In this document: positions 1-12,200 of the stretch, in pieces
How the letters are laid out: the number at the start of each line of letters is the position of its first letter
Numbering within the stretch: the stretch's first letter is position 1
Assembly (NCBI GenBank): GCA_000708835.1
Contig: DF237055.1
Location: forward strand, 124,001-188,000
DNA length: 64,000 nt
Direction of reading: 5' to 3'
Origin: Klebsormidium nitens
Lineage: Eukaryota > Plantae > Klebsormidiophyceae
The notes under the pieces: model-generated
Told to the model about the DNA's origin: nothing
Databases searched by the model: none
The model's input: the letters and a program-made list of their open reading frames with translations, nothing else
Made by a program: the position numbers and the translations under genes

Positions 1-116
1 ACGTTCTGCGTCCAATCGAACGTGCAATCCGCAGATCGATCGTGCTCCCATTACAAAAGACTGGGAATCACGGACGTCAAGTGATGACTTGCGTTGGCAA
101 AAGAATATGTCCATAC

Positions 117-2645
117 CTGGATGTAGAAGGTGTTGAAGTCGTTGAAGCCCTCCTTCTTGTAGTGTGGGGCGTCCCGGTCCAGGCGGGCCAGCGTGCCAGC
201 GAGAATGGACACCTGGCAGAGAGAGGGGGTTTCGGAATTTGAGGTTGTTGGAGACAGAACGAAGTAAAGATCATGTCCTTCCGCCGACTCGCCGGTTTCC
301 AAGATTCGGATCAGAAAAATATATGCACTATCAAGTGAGTACGTCTCAATTGCTCATCTCGTTTTGGTCGTTACTTTTCTTTGTCCACTGTACGGGTGCT
401 GTACCTGGTTGCTTGTCGCTTCTCCCCACTTGATTTGAATTTGGTGTCCTCTATCGACTGTTGAAATTTGCGTAATCTGTTTAGAGTTCAAGACAGGTGT
501 GACCCTGACGGAGTGATTGGCTCTGGTCGGGGCGTTCCATCAAGGTGGAACGCGGCATGGAAGATCCATCAGATTCTCCTCTGCAATCGAGGAGCCATTG
601 ATTGCAGAGGAGAAAGGGAGCACGGCATGAAGGAGATCAGCAGGGCCGCACCTTTTCTCCTGAGTCGTTCCCAACGACCCTAATTTCCAGTCCAACAGTG
701 GCAGCTTCCGGCACGAGCGGTACCTCTTCCAGGTCCATGAACTGCACTGCTGCCGGGTCGAAGTGCATGAAGCCGAAGTCGTGAACCGGGTCCCGGTACA
801 GCGGGTGCACCGGGATCTCTTCACGATCCAGGAAGACAGCCTCTGCCACGACGGGGCCTGGGAAAATCCAAGAAATGGCATAAGGATATAATTTTTAAAA
901 AAGAGTGAGTATTGATAGAAATAAGTACGGAGGGACTTTGATAGAGGGACTTTCATGGTCCACCGGGTGCGCTGGGATCTCCTCGCGATCCTAGAAGTAG
1001 GCCTCTGCTATGGCGGGGCCTGGGGCGGGGCCTGGAAAGAGGACAACTAGCATGGGTTTCTCTCCTGGTGGAAGGGGAGGTGAGAAGGGGTCACTGAATC
1101 GGAGAATGTCCAGTACAGGGGTGCACCGGCGTCCCCATACGGTTGAGAAAGACACCCTCTGCCACGAACCCCCGGGGGAAAACAAGAACTAGCATCAAGA
1201 TAGTACCGGTTGACAACTGGAGATTTGAGAGGAAAACGTTTGAAGAGACTTAATGAAGGGGGACGCGGGATCTCGTTGCGGGCCAAGAAGACGGCCTCTG
1301 CAACGACGGGACTGGGGAAGTATACTGCAGCACTGGTTGAGAAGTGGTCTTTGAGAGGGAAGGTTTCAGGGGACTTTTAGGGTCCAGCGGGTGCGCCGTA
1401 CTCTTCTTACAACAGGACACAACTCCAGATCAACAGAACAGAAGCAAGACTTTCTTTGATTCCAGCAAAGAACTTAGCCAACTGCCACGACAGTGGCTGC
1501 TGTGACATCAAGGGTTGTCTGGCAGTGAGGGTTCAGTGACCTCGAATACCCCTGATTGCTACATCTGGATTTGCAGATCTGCAGGTCGTTCTTGGCTGTA
1601 ACTTTTAGCCTCTCCTCCATCAAATCATATGTTTTCAAAGTTATTGGCTGCCAGCCAGCACCTCCAAGTCCCGTTTAGTAGGCATCCATGATCCTGGATC
1701 TTCCAGCGGCGGAAGTGTTTCGTTGGCAAGTCAAGTACTTAAAAGTGCCTGGAGTATAATCACATCCTTGTCCATCAGCTACTATGTGTTCTTCGCATCG
1801 ATTGCCAGTATATCGGGCAAGCCATATTCTCCATTTCGCAGCCGGTGTGGCTCCAAACGGTGTATCAGTGCCTCTTTGCTGCACTCTTGATGACCGACCT
1901 GGTTTGACGACATGCCGGTTGGTGAGAATAAGCCCAAGCTTCTTGTCCACTATAAACCCCGTCGCGTAGCTAGAGGAGGCTGATTCTGTGTCAAACGCAC
2001 GCACCCCAGTGATGCGCAAAACCACCACTGCCGGAACGACCTGCAACACAAGAAGAAGAACTTCTCTGAGGCAGGATTTCTCCAATCCAGAGGCGTTCGT
2101 CTACCCCAATATGTGATGCTGCCAGTACGTTACAATGAGACTGCTTCTTCAAGTGGATTAGATAATGGAGTCTAGTCATCTTCTGTGACTGTGCAACTTG
2201 AAGAACGAGTCTGATCTGTTTTTTTCAAGGAATCACAGCAAGATCTCAACGAAGGACTCATCAAGCGGTCGTCAATCATTCCCCAGCGGCTCAGCCTCTA
2301 TTGTCAACCCAGAAGAGGCGTGTGCATCGCAATCAGGCACACTTCTACTTGACTTGAAGAAATGCTAGATAGACACGCTATGCCAACATCATTGTCGCCA
2401 TTCATTCGTAGCAACTCATCTGAAACCTATCCAAAACCACCAAAAACGCGCCACCACCAAGGTTGTTAAAACCCCACCTTAGCCAGCGCCTTCCGCCAAT
2501 CTTCCGCTGTCGCAGAAGCCCCTGGCCTCAGGCCATCAATTTCATTGAGGAGTTCCTTCGCAGCCGCCCGCTTCTTCTGGAAGTCATCGACGCCAGTGTC
2601 TGCATTCCCATCCATTGGGTGCGCACTGCCCGCTGGAGAATCCAT
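117..2645 (-). CDS. DEG7: DEG7/Nma111-like HtrA/DegP serine protease, 5' part (continues off the window start)
   Basis: Exons 2645-2478, 2040-1899, 857-652, 212-117, all GT-AG, join in frame to ...[89 protein letters not shown]...[32 protein letters not shown]. This closely resembles plant DEG7. Catalytic His (TNRHVV) and Asp (HDFGF) are seen; the Ser motif lies outside the window. Confidence 0.93.
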
Positions 2646-2861
2646 ACTTGCAGCTCCAACACTCCTGAAACCCTTGCTCGTTGTGCGATTGACAGAAAAT
2701 TGCGCCCTACTGAAGGACTCTAGGCCTCAAGAAACTGAAGGATTTCAGCAAAGTGGTGACACGGAGTCCAACAGACTGGTTGGTTGAACTTGAAACCCTG
2801 CGCAGACTCCGAAGAGTTGGCAGAGCTGAGGCTGAACAGTAAACTTGAAAACGACCATGAA

Positions 2862-2872
2862 TTTTAGGGTTT
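2862..2872 (-). promoter_or_regulatory. Telo-box (AAACCCTAAAA) in the ~580-bp divergent DEG7/QTRT2 promoter
   Basis: TTTTAGGGTTT at 2862-2872 lies between ATGs at 2645 (-) and 3222 (+). Confidence 0.45.
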
Positions 2873-3221
2873 GACTTTGAGTGCACGAGCATTGAGAAGA
2901 AGCATTTTGTCAATTTCGATCTGAGAGTCAAAGGAGGAGGACGCTCGCAGGCTGGCTTAGCTGAGCAATCCTCTGAGTTCCGCAACAATTGCCTGGACGT
3001 AGGAATCAGGGTGCTGGACGGCGACAATGTCTGCATGAAGAATTCAAACTTCTGTGACGTAAGTACAGTGAGTTGTTGGAGTGTCTCATTCAAGCCCCGT
3101 TGATTGTTGTTCCAATAAGGCCAATCCCAATGCACACGCTGCATGGTGGCGCTTCCTGATGACCCCGTGGAGGCGCCTACGGAGCGCCGCCCTCCCAAGT
3201 CAAACCCTGACTGCACTCAAG

Positions 3222-6200
3222 ATGCTGAGCTTTGCCATAGACGCCAATTCTGGGGGCGCCAGAACAGGCGTTCTTAGTTTTCCCAGCAGAGGTCTCACCC
3301 TGCCTACCCCAGCACTTCTTGTATACACCAGGAAGGGGCTCCCTCTCAACCTGATGCCGGACTTGCTCGATGAGTTGAAGGATGACGGCGTGACGACGTT
3401 GCAACTGAACACGATGCATTTGTGAGTTGGTTCACGTTTTACCACCACTTGATCGAAGGGTGCGGAACTGCGGAGGGGAATTGTTGGATGTGAGAAGCGC
3501 AGATTGCAATTAAAAGCGTCTGTTTGTGAGTGGTTTCACGCTCTACCACCACTTGGTTGAAGGCCGCTGAAATGGGTCAGGGAATCTGTTGAAAGACTAG
3601 CAGTTCGCTTTGAAAAAACTCATGAGCAATTGGCTTTTGACCACCGTGCAATAAAAGTCTGGGGACGAATCAAGGTAACTTCTATCAAGTAGAGAACCGC
3701 TAATTGCAGCTGAGTATGATGCAACTGTGAGTGGTATGCAACTACCACCTGTTCATCAACGCTTTGACTGTGGTTAGACAGATCTTCTGATGCAAACTGT
3801 TTTTGCCTTCCTTGGATTCAATAGCATCTCAGAAGAAAAAGCGCTGCCTTTTCAGAAGCCACTGTCCATATGGATTCAAGAACTTTCCATCCTATGTCAA
3901 CCTCCCACCACCAGAACCCTCCTCAATTCTAACCTCTTTTAACCCACATCTCTGCTGGTTCAGTATACTGGGTGTCACAAACTCTTTAACTGCGCGCAAG
4001 AGGTTAGAGTCTAGCTCTTCAAATCTGCAGCATTGAGGGGCCCAGCGCAGACACTGTCAGGAAGGCCGGGGGCGCTCATAACTTCCTGGGCGTACAAGAC
4101 TACATCCTATTGGCCTTGGGACGAGACGCTATGAACTTTGAGGGGGGCGGCCCCGCCAGTGCCACCTATGCCTCATTTGACACCCCCTCAGGACGCCGTC
4201 AGGTAGGGCTATTTTAACGAACCTTCTTTTGACTTTCTTCGTCGCCAGCTTGTGCTTTTACCTGCAAGCTTTTTGCCTGGGCAGAGAGACATCTGCATCT
4301 TTCCTTCCTTGACTGTTTCCTCAGTCTGCTTGCGTGCTTCCCTGCAGAAATGCATTGTAACTATATTCTAATCGACAAAATTATCTAAAAAGCTGCCCTT
4401 TCCAGGAGCCCCCGTTGCCTCCTTTGCTTGATCATGAAGGTATGGTACCGGAAACGACAGCTGGTCCGGGGTCAACCTTCGATGAAGTTCAATGGACTCC
4501 TATGACCCTAGAAGTTACCAAGAGTTTAGCACGCAGGGCACCTTCAAGTCCTATTCTTTTGGTTTCGACCAATCAAAGAGTTCTTTGGATTCCTGGATTG
4601 CAGGTGACGCCAGAAGCGTATGCTGACATCATCGATGCCCTCCGGCCCGACATCTTCGTACCCCTGGCTGACGACATACCCTCCACATCGGGACGGAAGC
4701 GGGTGAAGCAGTCAGTGGACCGTTCGCTCAGCTGGTTAGACGAGTGCATCGAGAGGAATGTAAGCCAATGATCGCATTTTCCGTCCCCAACAAACATAAC
4801 GAACTCGTTCACCTAAAATCTGGGCCCTGATCAGAGGGGCCGTAGTGAAGGAAAGTGACAAAGCACAGTCAAAATTGGTCAACTGGAGCAATAAAAGACG
4901 AGCTTTTATCTGAACTTGTAATGTTGAGGTTGGTGATCTGGCGATGTATTTTGAGAACCATCTTGAGTTCAAGTCGAGGAAGCCAGAGTCCTTGTTTTGT
5001 GTTCCGCAGAAGCAGGGTATTCCGATCTTTGGTTCCGTACAAGGCGGAAGCAACCTGTACGAGCGGCCGCGATCGGCAGAGGAGACGGCGGTGCGGGATG
5101 TAGCGGGTGAGAGAAGGGTTTCACCAAGTGCTGGAGCATCTCAAGAAATGCTACATTACTAGATGCGAGGCAATCCAAAGATTGGGCTTGAAGCTTACCC
5201 AATCCAGACTGGCGAATGATGGACTTGTGCATCGCATCCGATTCCGAATGTTCCGTGCTACCGAACGTTCTTGCCAGTGATTCCGCAGTCCCTCATAGAA
5301 GACATTCGTCGCATCTAGTAGGCATTGGAAGGCGTCATCCTTGGACTTCAGGGGATCGTAATTGCTTCTCTTTGAAATTTAACATTGAAATCATTATTCT
5401 CACCACCCTGACAATGTTGACCAGCGATTGCGAAATGCTCGATGACCGGGTTCTATCACGGCAGCTTCACAGGAGAGAGTCTTCTTTGACGGACGATTGA
5501 TGTCGTATTGATACTTCACTGTCACAGGATTCCATCTCGGCGGCTTTGGACTGGGCGAGTCCTTCGATGAGCGGCCGACTCTCCTCGCTGCAGCAATCGC
5601 AAGTTTCCTGCTTCTGTCGACTGCTTCAAGGAAACAGGTTTTTCAAGTCTTTGAGATGTGGTTGTAAGAACCAAGTCCATGGCTTTTTGCGTCCGCGCCG
5701 GAGGATTGGCTGCTCTGAGGGGTGGGCTTCCACTTCAAACCACGCCATGTAACGAGCTCCAGCTACGAAAACCCCTAAGCGTTCATTTGCAAGTAGACCT
5801 CCGATAGATTCTCCCGCCTTCAACCAATGACTGTATCTGTAGAATGCCCCCTTCCGTCCTTCGCAAAGTCAAGAGGTTTGGCTGCTGAAATTCTCAGCCC
5901 ATCACAAGTCGATAGACCTTGGTTAAGCAATTGACGGCTGCTTATCCTCCGTTTCTTTCGCTGTAGTGCAAATATGTCCCGTTTTCAATCATGGCCACGG
6001 CAAGAGATATATTTGCAAAACAGTTGTCCACATCCCAAGAAAGTCTGGTTGTAGGCCAACAAATGCGCAACCACGCTGCGTTACCTGCGCCGAAATCCAG
6101 CATCGAGCTCTGAACTCTTATTTGCAAACAGAGAGCAGAAGTCTCCGCTTTGTCAGTACTTCAGGGTTAGATGTGTAACCAATTCTGAGCAACCTTGTAT

Positions 6201-7603
6201 TCGCCGCAGGACAAGCTCCCCCCCTCCAAACCCCGCCATGTCAGCGGCCTTTCAGTCCCCGAAGAAATCCTACAAGGCGTCGCTGCGGGAGTCGATCTCT
6301 TTGACAGCGCCTACCCTCTATCACTAACCCTCGCCGGGTTAGCAATGACCTTTCCGGTCAGTCATGAGTCCCCGGAAGTAGGGTCAGCGGACGGAATCGG
6401 AAGCAGCGGAGCAACGGAAGGCGAGGGACCCGCCTTGGGGGCGGACTGCTCGAAGCTGAACCTGCTGTCCCTGGCTCTCAGGTGAGGCGGGAGTCCGGGT
6501 TCTTGCTTTTACCATTGACGATCAGAAGACAGCAGGCTGAGGCAGAGGTCTGGTTGTATGTTTGAGTTATCGTGCCTGGCAATTTGGCACGCCAATCTAC
6601 TCGAGAGAAAGCACACAGGATGCGAATGCATGAAGATCGATGGATGCGAACATTATGTTCTAAAGCGAACCAAGGAAACGTGACGAAGTGAAAGGCTCCA
6701 GAATTCTGTAAGGTTGCTCGACTTGGCATACCTGGCCACTGCCTGCAGAGAGAAGAAACTACAATCAGCCAAGATAATAATAAGTTCTGACTAACACTAG
6801 AATACCCCGACCCAAAGAGGTACCTGCTCCGCATCCATACCCACCCTAAAACCACCAAACCAATCCTACCCGTCCCAGTGCGGTTACCTTATCAACTATC
6901 TCGGCTTACTATTATTCTACTTTATTACGGTTGCAGAGAGGATCCGCGCCCGCTGCTCCCCGGCTGCCAGTGTTACACGTGTCGGAATCACACACGGGCG
7001 TATTTACACCACCTCCTGAACGCGCACGAGATGCTCGCGCAAGTGCTCCTCGAAATGTGAGCCGCCCAGTGCGCAGCTTGTCTTGGAAAGAGCGGACTCC
7101 GTGCTTCTTTTCACGTCTCACGTTTGAATCTCACAAAAATTCTGCTCGGGCGTGTTCTCAAAAAGCTGAATGTTCATGGCAGCACAAAGTTGACCTTCTC
7201 CGAGACTATTGTTCTTGTTTTCCTTTCTTTCTATCGCTCCCTGTGTTTCGGAACCACCGAAATACTGAGTGCAGACTCTGTTGAGAAGCTTTAGCTTCCT
7301 GACGGATTGCCAGTGCAGCGGGCTCGTCGATGTCGTCTGCCAACCGTCTGACTGGACTATGCACGTGTCGTCCGTATAATTCTGGCTCTAACGGTCAACT
7401 TTTTCTGCAGCCATAACACACACCACTACACTCGATTCTTTCGGGCGATTCGGCAGTCCATCATTGAGGACAGGTTTGACAGGTTTCGGCAAGCTTTTGT
7501 TGACAGATGTAGAACGACTCAAATAGACGTAAAGCCAATGGCACCGAAACCATCTGGGAGAACTTCTCGCATAGATGGAGTCCATGAACTGGAAAAATGC
7601 TAA
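3222..7603 (+). CDS. QTRT2: Queuine tRNA-ribosyltransferase accessory subunit (QTRT2/QTRTD1-like)
   Basis: Eight exons: 3222-3421, 4031-4202, 4604-4759, 5010-5106, 5528-5598, 6210-6481, 6937-7056, 7411-7603. TGT motifs present: [36 protein letters not shown] and Zn site [17 protein letters not shown]. The catalytic-subunit DSGG motif is absent, which favours the accessory subunit. Confidence 0.88.
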
Positions 7604-9273
7604 GCCATCCTTATCCCTTTAATTGTTAGTACCTCGGAAGCACGCGTTGAGCCATTGTATCTATCTTACACACGACAAGGTTCCTTTGCGAATAAGAGAT
7701 CCATAGGTAAGACGGCTTCAGGCCGTGCAAGCCAGTCTGCAACAGGTATCTACGTCATCACGTTGGATTTTGAGCACTTGTATTCTACGGAAGTGGTACA
7801 CGTCTTTGATATGGTCAGGATCCGAGTACGGTACGTTTGTCAAGCATGTACATATTGCATGGTGGCCATATGCATCCGATCGTCTTGCACTTTGAGTACA
7901 GGTCGGACTCACAGGCTCGAATTCAGTCACCTTTATAGTGTATTAGTATACTACTAATAGGGACAAGCTTGCAGACGGTTGCACAGGCATGGCAGTGACT
8001 CAGGTGGCCCCAGTTCAGCCTCGGCGGGCTGCAGCATCTTGTCATATATACCGTCTTGGCCGGGGATCGGAGTCAATTTCAGCCTCATGGCTAGCTCGCC
8101 GTCGGCGGCCCGGCGTTGGGCTGTAGGTTGTACTGGCACCGGGAGCTCACTGACAAAGTCGATCATATGCGTTCGATCGCTGATACATGGACGATCACTC
8201 CGCGGGCGGCCGCCGTCTCTGTTCAGATTGCACCGTCAGACAGGCTTTCATGAGTGCAACCGGCCTGGTTTACCGTGATATGAGGGTAAATGCATTCATG
8301 AGAATCATTAGACATTGAACATTATCGATCATCGATTGAAGTATAGATTCCCGGCGCCATCGGAGCCTGTATACATATACTACGATAATGCACTAGGATG
8401 CTCGCCTCTGCACCCGCGGCATCGATATGCGGCGGCAGCGGTCGACTCGCGAGCGAATGATTGAGAAAACATCGATCGGACCCCGGGTCGCCGGATGTTG
8501 AGTCTCGCTAGGGCCATATGTGCATGTGCATTCAATACAGGCTTGTTTACTGCATGCATGCCGCTTGAGTCAGACGGTGGCCGCCAAACATGCAGGTAGC
8601 TTCGCCTTTCAAAACTGATTGAGCAGGACTCAAGGGCCGGCCTTCAACTAATATCCACAGGCTTGGTACTCAGTGGGCATGTGCTCCTAGCTAAACTTAG
8701 GATGCAGCAAGAAAAAAGCATTGAATCTTCCGAGAATTTGCACAATGCGGCCCGGTCAGAAGAACTGGCAACCAACTTCATCCAGCAACCTACTAATTGT
8801 AGGATTCAACGTAGCCGCCACGAATGACCAGCTCTGACTTTCCTGCAACAAAACTCCAATTTGAAAATGTCGCATGACACGTTTGAATGTTTGCTAAATT
8901 AACTTCAGCCCTTAGTGCACTCGGTCAACGAAACCACCACGTTACAGCAAGAATCAACGCTTGGCGAACTTGCACTTTGCTCTACAATCAACCTTCTCCC
9001 CTCTATTAGGTATACCAATAAAGAATGTCCTACGTATTCTTGTCTACTTAACACTAGAGCTTTGCATGAATTGGTCCTCAATGACCAGCTCACAGCAAAT
9101 ACGTTAACCAAATATACATTACATACTAAGCCACTAAAGTACCACCCTGTATTTCAGAGCGCCTTCTTACAGGATTGACTGCATTTCCACGATGCTCGAA
9201 CTAGCAGAAAACCCTACCTTGTCGTATAAACTAAACGTCAAGTCAATGCTCTGGGCGTATCCAAAGCCATGAC

Positions 9274-12200
9274 TCATTCCCTGATCCCGATCCTCAACGC
9301 TCTCAAAATCTTGGACTTTGCTCCGAGCCAATTACGCCGGTGCTTCCTCGGCTCCTCTTTATTAGCAGGCAACTCGGTTAGCCACACCCCATCCGGGCTT
9401 GGGACGTCTGCAGCCAACCAATCGTGCACTTTCATTCGACTCTGTTCCTCCGGCGCTGATGCAGCCTCTAAGCTTCGCCTCATAACCTCCAGCCGGTCCT
9501 GTTGCCTCTTCCAGGCGCTCAGTGACATCGACTGGCCCAAAGACTTTTCGCTCGCGAGCATAGACAGTGGGGGTTTGATAAAGGAAAACTCGGCGTCCGC
9601 AATCGAATCCGGGGATGCCCCCATTTTGTTCGGGGGAGAAGGCGTCCCGAGGGGTTGTAATTCCGCGGGAGGCGCCATTGACTTTCTATGCACCGTCCGC
9701 AGGCGCACTTCCGGCGCACGTGACGGCGTGGGAACGTCCCACGAATCTCGGCTTATTTCGTTCTCGTTCTGGTCCGAAAGCGGCCGAAGGTGCCGCCCGA
9801 GGCGCCTCCGGACGTCCGCAACTGTTTCCCCGGACGCGAAAGTGAGCTTCAATGTGCCCACGATCCTTCCGTCACGGACCCGCATCTGCAGAAAGGGGGA
9901 AGCCCGCATGAGCAATGAAAGTCGACTGCCATCTGGAGCGCTGCTCCGACTTGTTGCATTAGGACAACCCGCCACGATGCAATCAGAAAGGTATAGAAAG
10001 AAATCCACTTCTGACATTGCAAGATTGCGAATGCCCGCCTGGCTTAGCTACCCAACCAGCTCCTTCCGAGCACCTTCGAATTACAAAAGTAGAAAACGGG
10101 GTGTGATTGGCAGGACGGAAATTGCACAGAACAATCTGTCAAGTGCCTTTAGAAAACGTTTAGACACAAACTTCCGCACCTGCTGCCCCTTCCAAGCACG
10201 CCGCAGAATACAGTCAGCCTTACACTGCCACTACTACCGATAGAAGGTGTGCATCATTCTCGTGTTAAAGTTCAAGCCTTGCTCGGACACGGGAGGTTTA
10301 CCGTTATGGCTCTGCACTCGAACATTCCTTACCAGCTTGATCTTCCGCTTCTTCCTGTTTCCGTTCTCCTGTCCGTCCTCCGGCGGGGGTGATAAGAGCT
10401 CCGGATGGAACTGCTGCACCCTACCCTCTGACGATGTCCCATAGCTTATGGAGCGGAGCAAGCTGCTAGAGGGGGCCACATGGAGGGTGCTATCATGGGA
10501 GACCGCTGCGTCCCATAAGAGCCACGCCTCGTCCAAGGTCTTCCCATTGAAAGTAACCTGGCAGCAAGGGGAGGCGAAGACTTAACGACAGAGTCTAGGA
10601 TGCGTCAAGGCGAAATGCACCACCTTTCGTTTCTTGTTGTATCATGGCATAGCATGCAGCAAGAAAAGCCATGAGAACGTGTTTAGATCCAACTGAAGGG
10701 GAATGCTGTTGCAGGCTGTTCGAACTGTGAAGGTCAGCCTGGGCAGCGAGCGAGGCGCAAGAACGAAGGGAAGGCAGAATATGAAGATTGCCTTATGTGA
10801 CCGGCTCATCTGAGCTGTGTCACATGCTCAAGTAGCCGCTCAAACCAGTGACCTTGACCACCTCAGAACATGCATTCCGAGTATCACAGATCCTACTCTG
10901 GCTGTCTTGAGCCCAAACCTCAACCAGCGCAATATAGTGACAACACGCACTCACTTTCTGCTGGTCCGCCGGCAGCCCCGTCCGATTCTCCACCGCTACC
11001 ATCACGTCTCGAACGCGATCCCTTCCAGACACAACGACCGACACTTCCCGGCCGTCCAAGGTGCTGACATGGACAACCATCCGGCGGTGGGCGCGCTCCT
11101 TAGGAGCATCCCCCGTGCAGCACAGATCGAGGACAGAGTCGGCGTAAACGGCGTGAAGGCCTTCGAAGTCCGCCATTTGCGCGTCATCGTGCATGATGCA
11201 CCCGGCGGAAGAGAGGGTTTGGTGGTGGACGGGGGTGCTGAGCAGGGAGCAAAGCATCTGGACGGGGGATGAAAGTGAAGGGTTAGGAGAGAATAGCAAC
11301 AGGGTTTGTGAGGAATATCGGACCGGTACTCAGAGGTTTCTCAAAAAAACTGAAAACATGGCTGACCTTTCTGCTCCTTGATAATGCATTTCGGAGTCTG
11401 ATGAACCAAGCAGAAGAGTAAATGACGAGGCGTTCGAAAAGGTGGTGCTACAGCAGTGGTTAACAGAGAGTGCTTGAAAGGGGTTAGGAGAACATTGATA
11501 CCGGGGGTTGACATTAGCCACTATTCACGATGTTCAGAATGCGACAAGGAGAAGGGGGCTTTGCGAAATTGGAAAGAGCAGGTGCGTCATCAAAGCAGTT
11601 CTTTCTTTGCTGACGTAGATGCTATTGTTGTCTGGGTGGGGAAGACAAGGAACCATGCATATACCTATTGCAGTGAAGCGAGGTGGTCTAGGGGATCAGG
11701 TTCTCAAATTTTTTGGGGTCAGGATGTGCCGGTCTTCAGAAGCAAAACTAGCGGACCACATCAAACATCTACCAATCTGGAGAGATTGCATTCCAACATG
11801 GTTCTCTCACATTCATTTCCACCAATTTGCCGCCGACAACCACTCCAAGTGAACCGACTTCAGCAGCAGAGCCGCTCTGCTTTTCCACAGTGTTTTCTTC
11901 AAGTGCCTAATCAGAAAAGAGCGGGATCCACCTACCTCTTTCAGAAACCGGACCCTCGTCGTGGGCCTTATCCCCAGCAGCGGCAGCAGCCCCGCCTTTG
12001 TCTCAACAAACACGCGCCCTCCATCGTCCTGATCCAACAGCGCCGGAAGCACTCTCAACCTCAGAACCGCATGGTCTACGATGTGCTTCTCTGCTAATCG
12101 GTCATCATCAAAAAGCTCAATCTGGCTCGCTGCGTGCGCGCCCCAGAGAGACAGCGAGTCCTCGTCGACGAAGAGTTGGGAGGTTTCGGCGGATGGTTCG

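Noticed and set aside
7954-8600. Short ORFs and GC-rich patch between QTRT2 and the UBL gene
   Set aside because: No splice-consistent model, no motif and no repeat termini found.
9269-10243. 324-aa plus-strand ORF
   Set aside because: Antisense shadow of the GC-rich last exon of the multi-UBL gene; no recognisable motifs.
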